Source: a virus (taxonomy: Duplodnaviria > Caudoviricetes). From it: a stretch of DNA of 64,000 nt. Under the pieces are notes generated by a model that saw nothing but the letters and a program-made list of their open reading frames with translations, made no database searches and had not been told where the DNA came from. Shown here one piece after another: positions 27,698 through 37,479 of the stretch. The stretch spans positions 177,979-241,978 of IMG/VR virus record IMGVR_UViG_3300012952_003952; one strand, 5' to 3'. The position numbers and the translations under genes are program-made. The first letter of the stretch is position 1; the number at the start of each line of letters is the position of its first letter.

Positions 27698-28705
27698 ATG
27701 CCCAAGAGTAAAAGATCTAATTTGTTAAAAACACTAGACGACATTTTATTCGAAGACGTTTATCAAAAATACGGATCCGAATATATGTCGCACGGAATGT
27801 CAAAAGACGAAGAGCAGTTTACGGTTCCGCAATCTCTTCCAATTCAGGCGTTCGACCAAATGGCGACTCAGCTTACAGTAGAGAGACCGCCAGTTGAAGA
27901 TTCAGATTATATTCCAGATGGAGTAGAAGAATTAGCACGAGCAGCTTCCGCTGTAGCCCAGCAAGTTCCAAGAGATCAAGTTTCTTCTTTTTATGAAAAA
28001 ATAAAATCTGCTTTAGAAGCATCTATTGCAGATGAAAATGATCCAGAGACAGTTTCTCCAGCGCAAGAAAAAGAAGAAGCAGCAGAAGCTGCCATAGAAT
28101 CAGAAGTCGCACCTCCAGTAGTAGAAAGTAGGCTAAGGTCTTTTTTAAGAGAGCAATTAAGCGATTGGGGGACTCCCGATCCAAGGTACGATAAAAAGAA
28201 GAAAGAAGACTGGGAAGAGGAAGACGCTCCTGCGGGAAGGCCTGGGAAAGATACTATAAAGGGAAAATATATAGCTCCCTATTATGACAAAAAAGGTCCA
28301 AGCGGAGTAAACGTTTCTAGCGACAGACTAATGCAAAATTTTTTAGCTCCACTTTTTGAAGTTCCATCTGAAGATTTAAAAGACTCTATGGACTATGTGA
28401 AATATTTTTACAACGAACACGCTACAGGCGAAGAACCCCAAGGATCTCAGCAAGCTTTTGTAAGCTACGTCCTCAAAAAAGTGGTAAAGAAAGAATTGAA
28501 AAAAGGAAGTAATCTTACCCAAACTCTTTTACCAGCCGTTGTGCAGCACGTTAAAGAGATGCCAGATAAAGAATTTGCTCAGTTAATAGACAAGGCTTCT
28601 AAAGAATCTTCTAGCGAACTTCAAGCTAGAGGAGAGTTTGCAGATATGCTTCAAAAAGAAGACCCAGAACAGTTTAAACTTCTACAAGATTTAGGTCTTG
28701 CGTAA
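27698..28705 (+). CDS. Hypothetical acidic protein
   Basis: ORF with GGAG RBS; internal VESRLRSFLREQ motif. Confidence 0.6.
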   Translation: MPKSKRSNLLKTLDDILFEDVYQKYGSEYMSHGMSKDEEQFTVPQSLPIQAFDQMATQLTVERPPVEDSDYIPDGVEELARAASAVAQQVPRDQVSSFYEKIKSALEASIADENDPETVSPAQEKEEAAEAAIESEVAPPVVESRLRSFLREQLSDWGTPDPRYDKKKKEDWEEEDAPAGRPGKDTIKGKYIAPYYDKKGPSGVNVSSDRLMQNFLAPLFEVPSEDLKDSMDYVKYFYNEHATGEEPQGSQQAFVSYVLKKVVKKELKKGSNLTQTLLPAVVQHVKEMPDKEFAQLIDKASKESSSELQARGEFADMLQKEDPEQFKLLQDLGLA

Positions 28706-29088
28706 TGATGCTTCAAGAGCTGCTAAAAGAATATCTAGATTCAGAGAAAGAAGAAGAAATACCTTTTCTGCAAGAGGGAATTTATTTTAGTGTGCCCATA
28801 GTTCCCCAACAGAAAAATCATTGGGAGGTGATACCGTCGCCAAACAGGCTTTCTAGATCTTATGATTTTGAAAGTTCTGAAATTTTGAAAATTTTCTTAA
28901 ACGAAGCCCTAGATTACCAAGAATCAGTTCAACACCATGGAAAATTTATTGTAGAACATCAGAAAGTTACAATAGAAATCTACACACACGATTTAGACGA
29001 TGTAACAGAAGTAGACTTAGAATGGGCTAAGATGATGGATAACATATACAAGGACGTTCAGTTTTATGTCTCAAGAACCCAATTCTGA
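28705..29088 (+). CDS. Pterin-4-alpha-carbinolamine dehydratase-like protein
   Basis: W...NRLSRSYDF, QHH, VTIEIYTHDL..VTEVDLEWAKMMD. Confidence 0.75.
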   Translation: MMLQELLKEYLDSEKEEEIPFLQEGIYFSVPIVPQQKNHWEVIPSPNRLSRSYDFESSEILKIFLNEALDYQESVQHHGKFIVEHQKVTIEIYTHDLDDVTEVDLEWAKMMDNIYKDVQFYVSRTQF

Positions 29089-29491
29089 AAAAGAGCTGAT
29101 GAGAGTGCTTTCTAATCCGGACAATCTGATAATTAGTGAAGCTTTATTAGATAGGCTGCCTGGAGAAAGCCCTAAGTCGCAAACAGGGTGCCTCGTTAAG
29201 TTTGGACAAGCAGAGTATTCTGGCAGTTGTTTAAACGTCACCTTTAATGAAGAATCTCTGTTTATATCTTTAGTTTTGCATTCAGATGTTGATAAATTTG
29301 AATTTTTAGATTCTGGCATTCCTTGCACTAAAATTTTTAAATCTAAAATTACTGTTGTTTTATCTTCAAATAAAGAAAGTAAGATTTTTTCTGGAATACC
29401 CAAGCAAATTTCATATGATCAAACACCAACTTCTGAATGTACTATGAGCTTAGAGTTGTATAATTACTCGTTGGAGGATTCTCATGAGTAA
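29066..29491 (+). CDS. Hypothetical protein
   Basis: ORF in coupled run. Confidence 0.5.
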   Translation: MSQEPNSEKELMRVLSNPDNLIISEALLDRLPGESPKSQTGCLVKFGQAEYSGSCLNVTFNEESLFISLVLHSDVDKFEFLDSGIPCTKIFKSKITVVLSSNKESKIFSGIPKQISYDQTPTSECTMSLELYNYSLEDSHE

Positions 29492-29626
29492 CAAAGATTA
29501 CGATTTTTCTAAATTTATCGAAGATATTGAAAAAAGAGAAAATCAAGCTCGAGAAAAAAAAGAAAAATACCAAAACGATCATAGAGATCATCCTATGAGA
29601 AGAAGAAATGTTTTGTCTAGGGAGCT

Positions 29627-30286
29627 TTGGCAAAACAGAATATTCTGGAGAAGAAACAAATGAAGCTTTCTCTTCTAGATGAAATAACAGAAGCTTCAGT
29701 AAGAGATGCTTTTCTAGAAGTGTATTCTAATTTGCTCGAGCAAAAAGAGCAAACAAAACAAGATAAAGCATCTGAAGAAATTAAAGATTTAGATCTTCGC
29801 GCTAATAAAAAAGCTAGACCCACTGACGAAGAAGAAGTCGAAGAAGAAGAAATAGAGGTAAAGACGCAAGTCGAGCCAAAAGAAGAAAAACCCGAAGTAG
29901 TAATACCAGAAACCTTGCCCGATGTTTTAGAAGCCGAATCTATTATTAAGTCAATAAACGTGATTCGATCTGGAAATTCTTTAAAAGATCCAGGCGTGCA
30001 AGAGAGGTTTGGTATTTATTTTGATAAATTATCACCGCCTGAAAAAGTAGCCTTGAAAGGTTTCTTAGACGGGTTAGCTCAAGTCATTGCAGGAGACGTT
30101 CCCGGCGAAGAGGCTACTAGTCCAAAAAATCCGCCGTACAATGTTACTATGCAAGACAATCCAGATCAAAAATCCAGAGAAGTTAAACCTCCTCCTGGCA
30201 CTGGAGAGCCTGACGCTCCAATTATAGTTGGAGAAAGTGCTAATAAATCTTGGGTTAAAAATGTGTTTTCAAAAAACTTACTTTGA
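29627..30286 (+). CDS. Hypothetical acidic protein
   Basis: ORF; start uncertain (TTG 29627 or a downstream ATG). Confidence 0.6.
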   Translation: MAKQNILEKKQMKLSLLDEITEASVRDAFLEVYSNLLEQKEQTKQDKASEEIKDLDLRANKKARPTDEEEVEEEEIEVKTQVEPKEEKPEVVIPETLPDVLEAESIIKSINVIRSGNSLKDPGVQERFGIYFDKLSPPEKVALKGFLDGLAQVIAGDVPGEEATSPKNPPYNVTMQDNPDQKSREVKPPPGTGEPDAPIIVGESANKSWVKNVFSKNLL

Positions 30287-30293
30287 TTCTTTT

Positions 30294-30420
30294 GGCGGGC
30301 GGCTGTTCCTATCCACGGTCGACCATAGGTTAAGCGATCACTCACTACTTTTCACCGATGCCCCATGCGGTTAAACCGCTTCATTCCCCGGTGAATATGT
30401 ATCTTCGCCGGCCGTCCGCC
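30294..30420 (+). ncRNA. Unassigned structured RNA (three-way junction)
   Basis: GC-rich intergenic 127 nt; closing stem GGCGGGCGGCUG/CGGCCGUCCGCC with two G-U pairs on plus strand; inner stems CCUAU/AUAGG, UUCACCG/CGGUGAA, GCGGU/ACCGC. Confidence 0.55.
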
Positions 30421-30446
30421 TCTTGTTTGAAATATATTGAGCGATC

Positions 30447-30476
30447 TGTAAAAAAGCTTTGATTCTATGATATAAT
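30447..30476 (+). promoter_or_regulatory. Promoter TGTAAA-N18-TATAAT
   Basis: TGTAAA 30447-30452, TATAAT 30471-30476, AAGGAG RBS downstream. Confidence 0.65.
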
Positions 30477-30499
30477 ATATTATATAAAGGAGTTGAATT

Positions 30500-31783
30500 A
30501 TGGGAGGTATCGCTAAGCATCTAAGCCACGTCTGGGAAGACTTGGATATGACCTTTGGGGATTTGAAAGGAATACTTTCAGAAGCCAGTCAGGGAAATCT
30601 AGAGGCTGTAGAGAAATGGGATGGAGTTAATCTTCACTTCTGTGTAGATTCTTCTGGGATAGTACGTTTCGGCCGAAATGATACGCACCGCAGAAATGGC
30701 GGACTAACTCTTAGAGAGTTGAGAGACTTCTTTGAAGGCCACCCAGCTCAAGATACTTTCGTCCGCGGTGGAATTGCTATTTGCGAAATGGTCCAGGATT
30801 CATGGTGGCCACTTGGTTTCTCTAAGAGAAATTGGGTTAATTGTGATGTCATCGATACGAGTCGGCCGCAGTTGCTGAACTACGACAGAAACGCTGTAGC
30901 CCTTCATGAAGCTGTGTCTTATGACGCCAATGGATTCAAGCTCGCATCAACTAGCGAAAGTGTTAAAAATCAATTCAAGAAATTAGTTGAGTCATTGCCA
31001 TCGAGTGTGTCTTTCGATGGAGAAGAGTTTGATATAGTCGGTCCAAAACTTATTGAAGTGAATGAAATAGCTGGTACCGATGAATACTACCAGATACTAG
31101 AAGCGATAAACGAATGTCAAAAGTCGACGTCTCTAAGCGATGAAGATACACTCCGCGAATTTGCTTATCGCTCTGTCTACACTGGAGTAACTAGTCAGAT
31201 CAACATCTCTGAAAATAAAGCTAAAGATTTAGCCAATTTAATTGTCGGATATGAATCTCCTACATTGGTCCAGATTAAAAAAGGTATGCCTGTTGGGATC
31301 GCCAGCCGTATATCTTCAGTTGGTAAATCTACAGTCAGGGGAAAAGTGGTTGCTGAAGCGATGCTTCCAATAGAGACAGCGTTCACAACGCTTGGAGCTT
31401 ATATCTTAGATGGAGTATCTTCTACTTTAATCAACAACCCCGCAGCTGAATGTGAGCGAATTAAAACAGATTATATTTCTTCTCGTAGCGTATGCGAAAG
31501 TGTAGATGATGGCTTTCAAGCTCGTAGAATTGAAGCTATCGAAAAACACATTAGGAAAATAGAATTAAGTAATTACCACATAGAAGATTCCATATTCTCC
31601 GGCTTTGCAATTGAGGGCTTAGTGTTCGAGAAGAATGACAGGAAATATAAGCTCACAGGCAACTTTGCTCCTGTTAACCAAATTGTTGGAACGACTAGAT
31701 ACGGCAGAGGAAAGATACCTGCGGTATCGCCAAGCTCTCAAAACAAAGAATATTCTATCTTAGAGGGATTTTCAGTCGGCTAG
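30500..31783 (+). CDS. Phage protein with EKxDG ligase/nucleotidyltransferase-like motif
   Basis: EKWDGVNL, GRN, late IEGLVF and KYKLTGNF resemble ligase motifs I, IV, V. Confidence 0.45.
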   Translation: MGGIAKHLSHVWEDLDMTFGDLKGILSEASQGNLEAVEKWDGVNLHFCVDSSGIVRFGRNDTHRRNGGLTLRELRDFFEGHPAQDTFVRGGIAICEMVQDSWWPLGFSKRNWVNCDVIDTSRPQLLNYDRNAVALHEAVSYDANGFKLASTSESVKNQFKKLVESLPSSVSFDGEEFDIVGPKLIEVNEIAGTDEYYQILEAINECQKSTSLSDEDTLREFAYRSVYTGVTSQINISENKAKDLANLIVGYESPTLVQIKKGMPVGIASRISSVGKSTVRGKVVAEAMLPIETAFTTLGAYILDGVSSTLINNPAAECERIKTDYISSRSVCESVDDGFQARRIEAIEKHIRKIELSNYHIEDSIFSGFAIEGLVFEKNDRKYKLTGNFAPVNQIVGTTRYGRGKIPAVSPSSQNKEYSILEGFSVG

Positions 31784-32347
31784 CAAAATCTCTATGTTTT
31801 GATCTACAGTTTGCTTTGAGTAACCTCGATGCGAATGTTGTAGCACCATTTCATCGTCGATATAAAAGAATGTTGGCCAAGCTGAGATAGGCCACCCAAA
31901 AGGATCGGTAGGTTGAAGTAAATCCCTGTTTCCAGCCAGAACAGGTTCGGATATGCCATGAGTTTGAGCCCACCAATCTAAGTCTTCTGTAGTTGGATCT
32001 TGACCGCTTTTGTTTTCTATTAAGATAGTGATATAATTTATTTCAGGAAACTCATTTACAGTATCTTCTATGTCTACAGCAGCTATTTGACAGGGCCCAC
32101 ACCACATCGCAGAGAAATCTATAACAACGGGAGATCCATAAAAGTCATATAAATTAACTTCGCTCCCTTCTTGATTGACCAGCGTAAAATTACAAGGATG
32201 GTCTCCTATAGTAGATGCGCAAGATTCCCACGTAGCAAACGGGTAGGGCTCAGTATCTTCAATTTCTTCAGTTTCTAACTCAGCAGGATTGCATGCCCCG
32301 CAACCAAGAGCACCAATAGTTAACAGTGCAAAAAATATTTTTTTCAT
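31772..32347 (-). CDS. TlpA/thioredoxin-like lipoprotein
   Basis: Lipobox GALGC; NFTL.NQ.G..V.LYDF; SAMWCGPCQ; WPTFFYID. Confidence 0.85.
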   Translation of the reverse strand: MKKIFFALLTIGALGCGACNPAELETEEIEDTEPYPFATWESCASTIGDHPCNFTLVNQEGSEVNLYDFYGSPVVIDFSAMWCGPCQIAAVDIEDTVNEFPEINYITILIENKSGQDPTTEDLDWWAQTHGISEPVLAGNRDLLQPTDPFGWPISAWPTFFYIDDEMVLQHSHRGYSKQTVDQNIEILLAD

Positions 32348-32364
32348 GATTTCCTCTTTTGAAT

Positions 32365-33984
32365 TTATTGGCAAGACCAGATCGCGTAGTTTATTTCTAT
32401 ACTGCTACCGTCAGGTGGAGAAACTGTAAATATGACTGTATTAGAAGAAGCTTCGTAGCCCCAGTCCGACGAAACAACTCCGTCTACAGTTACCTCTATA
32501 GTGTCTTCAATTGGCGTATCTGATAAAGCAAATGCTACTTGCGCCAAAGAATCTCTAGCAAGTGTGTCCATTGTGCCACTCCAGTCAGAAGCGCATATCG
32601 ACATGAAAGTTCCGCCTAGATCATTTACTACGTCGTAATACCCCTCTCCAAACTGGGCTCCACCGTTTGCGCTGCACCCAGATGGATAGTCTCCTGCGAT
32701 TGCATGAGCAGCTACCAGAGATGATGAAGTCTTCAGAGATAAAAGCGATGCTGAATAATCTGAAGGTGCCATAGTGGAGGACCCTCCGCTTCCGTATGCG
32801 TGGTCTGAGAAATCAGGTTCATCAGAAACGTATACGACGACGAGCCTTGCTGCTGATCTTTGAAAGCCAGTTGCGCTACCAGGAGATGCATCACCAGTCG
32901 TTGTTGATTCATATGCATACCATAGCCCTTTTTCATGAGCGCTACCACGTGTGCCTATTGAATCAATTTGATCGTTAAACGCAGTTACAGGATCTGCTGT
33001 TGCGTTAGTGATGACGTCACCTACGAAACTTGAGCTGTCTGTTGTTATTAGAGCTATTTGATAAGAAACACCTGCTGCAGTGAAAGCATTCATAAATGTG
33101 TCAAAGTTATTCTTTATGTTTGTCTGGTTAGATCCCATAGACCCTGAATTGTCTATTACAAAAAGAATATCGACGTCTACTGTTCCATCTTGAATATGAG
33201 AATCATTTACCCAAGCTTCTATATCACCGAGCCCATCTTGATCAGCATAAGCTAGTGGAGTAGCTGGGTCGTTAGAAGCTATCTCTAAATACCCAGCATC
33301 ATCATGCAGGTCTAAAGGTAGGTAATCTATGTTAAGATCTATAGTATCTCCAGGGGGCACTGTGATTGGTAGAGCGCCCCATCCAGCTTCATAGTCTTGC
33401 ATAGAGAAATCTACAGGCAGGCTAGCAAAAAATTCAATGTCAGAAATTATAAGATTGGAATTACCAATGTTGCCAACTTCTATTGAAAGAGTATCATCAC
33501 AGCCTAAATAAACATCTCCAAAGTCGTGATAATCTGGAGTTATAGTAATGACTGGTGCATCACCAGATCCATCTAGCAAGACATTCACTATTGGTTCATC
33601 TTCGTCGTTAGATATAATACTAACTGTTTCGTGATTTGTCTCATATGTTCCAGGAGCATAAGTTACGATAAGCTCTACAGAATTTAGAGAGTCAACAATT
33701 CCTGTTGGGACTGTCGTGAGAGAGAAATTAGAGTTTCCATTGTTGAGGTAGATATTAGAAATGTTAAGTTCGCCATTTCCAATGTTTTCAATGTTTATAA
33801 CAACGTCTTGAGTTTCGCTACCAGCGCTTAGCGCTCCATAGCTGTGATAAGTTGGATCTACTTCTATTTCCGGAGCAGTAACCCCAGGTTCGACCTCTTC
33901 AGTTATCTTTGATATTTTATAATCTGAGCACCCAACTGAAAATAAAAAGAGGGTGCACAATAATGATTTAGTTAACGTATACAT
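32365..33984 (-). CDS. Lipoprotein with two Ig-like (choice-of-anchor D-like) domains and a vWA domain
   Basis: Lipobox FSVGC; two repeats of P..HDFG..., I.N.GN..L.IS, I.SND; MIDAS DILFVIDNSGSM; VSDEPD. Confidence 0.8.
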   Translation of the reverse strand: MYTLTKSLLCTLFLFSVGCSDYKISKITEEVEPGVTAPEIEVDPTYHSYGALSAGSETQDVVINIENIGNGELNISNIYLNNGNSNFSLTTVPTGIVDSLNSVELIVTYAPGTYETNHETVSIISNDEDEPIVNVLLDGSGDAPVITITPDYHDFGDVYLGCDDTLSIEVGNIGNSNLIISDIEFFASLPVDFSMQDYEAGWGALPITVPPGDTIDLNIDYLPLDLHDDAGYLEIASNDPATPLAYADQDGLGDIEAWVNDSHIQDGTVDVDILFVIDNSGSMGSNQTNIKNNFDTFMNAFTAAGVSYQIALITTDSSSFVGDVITNATADPVTAFNDQIDSIGTRGSAHEKGLWYAYESTTTGDASPGSATGFQRSAARLVVVYVSDEPDFSDHAYGSGGSSTMAPSDYSASLLSLKTSSSLVAAHAIAGDYPSGCSANGGAQFGEGYYDVVNDLGGTFMSICASDWSGTMDTLARDSLAQVAFALSDTPIEDTIEVTVDGVVSSDWGYEASSNTVIFTVSPPDGSSIEINYAIWSCQ

Positions 33985-34843
33985 TGTACCCTACCTCTAT
34001 TACTGATCCGTAATCTGGAACAAAGCCAAGCTGAATTCCATTAGTTTCTTCTACGTAAGACCAGTTGTATATTGCTTCTTGATTTACATAAACAACAAGA
34101 GACTCTAAGATAGGCTCAGGCTCGCTTAAAGCGATAAAGTCTTTTAATTGAGTTAAATAAGAAGAATCTGAAAGCCAAACTGACCAGTCTTCTTCGCATA
34201 TATCTATTGCGTCTTTTCCATACAAGTTTACTAATTCTTCGTACTTGTATCCGATATCATAAGTGTAGCCGCACTCGCTATCTTCTAGTTGCGTAATAGC
34301 GACAACATCATGATTTACGTCTTTAAATTCATCTTGCATCCAATCACGAAACAAATCTGCAGAAATAGCACTTTGTTCATCTTCGTCAGAAATCAAGAAT
34401 AATAGAAAATCCGCCTCTGGACGCCTGAAGGCTAATCCTTCCTCTGTGTCCAAAAAAGAGTATGTGGCTCCAAACCCCTCCTCATAAAAAGTAGAGCTTA
34501 GTAAGCTTGGTGCCATAAGCATATCAATTGCAGTAGAAGATGAATCATAAGGGCCTACGTATGAAAGATCTGTTGGGTCCATAGTAATATACCCAAACTT
34601 ATAGTCAAGGGTCAGAGACTCAATGTCGGTTCTTAGCATGTCCATTCCATCTGCCACATCTTCATAATTGTCCCTCATAGAACCAGAAGTATCTAAAGCT
34701 ACGAGAACGTCTAGTTCTTCTAGTTGTTTTGCTTGGACAAATGAATCTACAACAACTTTAACTTCTTTTCGATCTACAACTTGAAAATCTCCACCGCAGC
34801 CTGCGATCAAAAAAGATAAAAAGATGAACAATATTTTTTTCAT
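33968..34843 (-). CDS. vWA-domain lipoprotein
   Basis: Lipobox LIAGC; DVLVALDTSGSM; ISDEDEQS; C-terminal domain paralogous to that of the neighbouring gene. Confidence 0.8.
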   Translation of the reverse strand: MKKILFIFLSFLIAGCGGDFQVVDRKEVKVVVDSFVQAKQLEELDVLVALDTSGSMRDNYEDVADGMDMLRTDIESLTLDYKFGYITMDPTDLSYVGPYDSSSTAIDMLMAPSLLSSTFYEEGFGATYSFLDTEEGLAFRRPEADFLLFLISDEDEQSAISADLFRDWMQDEFKDVNHDVVAITQLEDSECGYTYDIGYKYEELVNLYGKDAIDICEEDWSVWLSDSSYLTQLKDFIALSEPEPILESLVVYVNQEAIYNWSYVEETNGIQLGFVPDYGSVIEVGYNVYVN

Positions 34844-35634
34844 AGACTTCTCAGAGTGTCTCTAATTTTTCCTACTTCTTCTTGCGACAAAGGGCAGACG
34901 TAAACAAGCGTTTCTAGAGCTTGAGGCCGGCCTGCAAAACTTTCTACTCCTAAAGCCCATACTAGACCAACTAGCCGTCCATTAGAGTCAAAAACACCCG
35001 CTCCACTCGACCCTGGCCAGACAAACCCTTGTATTAATACTGAATTATTATGATTAACTGCAGTCCCACTTACAAACCCAGTGGAAGTTAACCTACTGTA
35101 TGAGCTTGGATAGCCTGTATACACCACTTCACTTCCGATGACCCAATCTTCTAAATCTAACGCCCCTATTGAAACAGCTGTCAAGTCATTTATTTTAGGA
35201 ACAGAAAGTACTGCAATGTCGTAATCGTCAGAAACATAGACCGTGTGAGCAACTGTAGTAAAAGAGTTTTCGCTACTGATTAATAAAATTGATTGGTCGT
35301 CTATTACATGCTTTGCGGTAAGAATGTAATAAGATCCTCGAAACTTAAAATATGTTCCTGACCCATGTCCGTTAGTGTAGGCTCTGTCTTGTGTTGGAAG
35401 CTGAGATAATTGATGAACTTTTACTGAAGATTCCCGACTCATTCTGTGGTGGTAATCTAAAGATCTTAAAGCTGCTTGCTCTTGAATTAAAACCGGAGAT
35501 TCTACCAGTTGAGGAGATGGAATGGGCTCTTCATGTTCTTCTAAGAGCGCGCCGTTGTTTTTAGCAGTGATTCCAATCAAGAGTAAAAAAGTGAAAAAAG
35601 AGAGTAAAACTAACCTTTTAAAAAGTGTAGACAT
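34840..35634 (-). CDS. Membrane-anchored trypsin-like serine protease
   Basis: N-terminal TM; triad LTAKHV, DYDIAVL, PGSSGAG. Confidence 0.88.
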   Translation of the reverse strand: MSTLFKRLVLLSFFTFLLLIGITAKNNGALLEEHEEPIPSPQLVESPVLIQEQAALRSLDYHHRMSRESSVKVHQLSQLPTQDRAYTNGHGSGTYFKFRGSYYILTAKHVIDDQSILLISSENSFTTVAHTVYVSDDYDIAVLSVPKINDLTAVSIGALDLEDWVIGSEVVYTGYPSSYSRLTSTGFVSGTAVNHNNSVLIQGFVWPGSSGAGVFDSNGRLVGLVWALGVESFAGRPQALETLVYVCPLSQEEVGKIRDTLRSL

Positions 35635-35688
35635 TATGGGGACCTCTATTAAATAGTTATTATTAAAAAGACGTCTAAGGAACTAATT

Positions 35689-35718
35689 TGTAAATTTTTT
35701 TACGTACTCCGTTATAAT
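35689..35718 (+). promoter_or_regulatory. Promoter TGTAAA-N18-TATAAT
   Basis: TGTAAA 35689-35694, TATAAT 35713-35718. Confidence 0.6.
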
Positions 35719-35764
35719 TGTGTACAGAGATAGGCACAAGGGCTAACTTTTTAATAGTTAATAC

Positions 35765-37015
35765 ATGAAAAAAGGTTTAAAAATAATGAACGAACAAGCG
35801 ATCCGAAAGGTTATCCGACAAGAAATAAAGAAACAGAATTCGCTGCTTTTAGAGCAGGGTGGAACAATTTATTACAGCAAAGATGAGTTTTATGATGCTT
35901 TCATTGGTCCGTGGATCAACGTTTTAAAAGTGATAAAAAACGAGAGTCAAAAAACTTTAGCTAACGTTAAAACATCGTTTCAAGTTTTCTTTACGTTCAA
36001 CCAAAAGAAAGCGGAGCTGCTTCTGGCTAAAAATAGAGATAGAGTAGCAAAAATAAACGCCGACACCGATGCCATTCTAAAGACGATGCCAATCAATGGC
36101 GAATTTAAAGCAGCGGCCTTTATCATGAATCCTGGAGCTTATTTAGCTATTAATCACGGTCCAGATTTTGCAAGAGGTACTGTGGATTATTTAAAAGGAG
36201 CAGGTTTTGGAGACTTCTTACCAGACGAATCTAATTACGATGCTCAAAAAAGAAAAGACGACGACAAAGGTCCTATTGGAAAAGCTCTTTCTGCTCTAAA
36301 TCAGATTTTTCTTCTCGCAGGAGCTACTCACCCTGGCCAAATATTAACCGAGCAAGATGAAGAATCAGAAGCAGAGATAGAAGATGAATCGCAAATACCT
36401 CCAGACCTTATAATTCAAGCTTTTGAAGAAAGTGGAGACTTGCAAAAAATAGAAAAAGTCAAAAAAGATTTTCTAGATTCTATTTTTCTAGGAGAAGATT
36501 CTATAGAGTCTCTTGCAACTTTGGCCAATAGCCAGATGAAGTTTTTAGAAAATGTTGCTGGCGCTACGAATGTGGAAGAATTAAATAAGTCACTACAAGA
36601 ATTTAAAGTGGCTGCTCCAGAAGCTGACCTTGGTGGAGTAGAAAAATTACCTGAAACTTTAAAACAAGATGCAGAAAACATAGCAAACAATGAAAAAGCT
36701 ATGAAGAAAATTAAAGAAGAATTCTTAAAAGAAAAAGGTATGGACGCTGAAGAGGTCGATAATATCGATAAGCAAGAGTTGCGAGATTATGTAAATAATT
36801 TAGCATTTGGTCAAGCTATGTCAGGTGTCCAAAGTTCAGTAAAAGAAACAACGCAAAATTTAATAAGATTCACCGAAGACAGTATTGATGAACAAGTCCA
36901 GTCTCTATGGTCCGAAATGAATAAAGCGGTACCAGAAATAGACTTAGATCCAAACAACGATCCGGTCCTCCAGAGTTATATTAAGGCTGCTAAGCAAAAA
37001 ATTCAAGCTCCTTAA
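35765..37015 (+). CDS. Hypothetical protein with IRKVIRQEI/LLEQ/LTEQ motifs (possible virion protein)
   Basis: ORF; leader similar to the array proteins. Confidence 0.6.
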   Translation: MKKGLKIMNEQAIRKVIRQEIKKQNSLLLEQGGTIYYSKDEFYDAFIGPWINVLKVIKNESQKTLANVKTSFQVFFTFNQKKAELLLAKNRDRVAKINADTDAILKTMPINGEFKAAAFIMNPGAYLAINHGPDFARGTVDYLKGAGFGDFLPDESNYDAQKRKDDDKGPIGKALSALNQIFLLAGATHPGQILTEQDEESEAEIEDESQIPPDLIIQAFEESGDLQKIEKVKKDFLDSIFLGEDSIESLATLANSQMKFLENVAGATNVEELNKSLQEFKVAAPEADLGGVEKLPETLKQDAENIANNEKAMKKIKEEFLKEKGMDAEEVDNIDKQELRDYVNNLAFGQAMSGVQSSVKETTQNLIRFTEDSIDEQVQSLWSEMNKAVPEIDLDPNNDPVLQSYIKAAKQKIQAP

Positions 37016-37077
37016 ATCTATTCAGATTAACATTTTTCTTCTTTGTTTAAAATAGAAAAGTAATAAGAGAGTTCACA

Positions 37078-37443
37078 ATGTCGAAACAACCTTCCAATTC
37101 TCAGTGGATACCAGAAATAATGTATGAAGAAGATTCTCAAGGCTTATCTTCGCACATTCCCTTTATTCAAGTTCCAATTTCTGAAGATATGCCAGCGCTT
37201 CTATTTGTTTTTGAATCTAGAGAAACTGGAGAATTTGAACCAGGTCCAAATGGAGAAGAGCTTCCAGTTACTGAATTAGATTTACATCAATACGCTGACA
37301 TGCTAATTTTAAAAGAAGGGCTCTCAGCTTCAGAATACGATAAAGTTCGTGAAGCTTTAGGGTTAGAGCCGCTCATTTCGGCCGCTACAAAAGGTCGAGA
37401 ATTAACAAAAAATATTAGACAAAATCTTGAAAAATCCTCTTAA
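37078..37443 (+). CDS. Hypothetical acidic protein
   Basis: ORF. Confidence 0.6.
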   Translation: MSKQPSNSQWIPEIMYEEDSQGLSSHIPFIQVPISEDMPALLFVFESRETGEFEPGPNGEELPVTELDLHQYADMLILKEGLSASEYDKVREALGLEPLISAATKGRELTKNIRQNLEKSS

Positions 37444-37479
37444 ATATGGTATAATATCCATATAAGAGGAGTTTTATTT

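Noticed and set aside
20811-29823. Many minus-strand ORFs of 60-150 aa (e.g. 20811, 21453, 22275, 23709, 26711, 29071) and similar shadows elsewhere
   Set aside because: They lie antisense to longer, well-supported genes, are Ser/Phe/Leu-rich mirrors of Glu/Lys-rich codons and lack RBSs.
30294-30420. 5S rRNA, SRP RNA or self-cleaving ribozyme
   Set aside because: Size is 5S-like but conserved 5S loop sequences, the SRP GGAA/AGCAG motif and hammerhead CUGAUGA/GAAA cores are absent.
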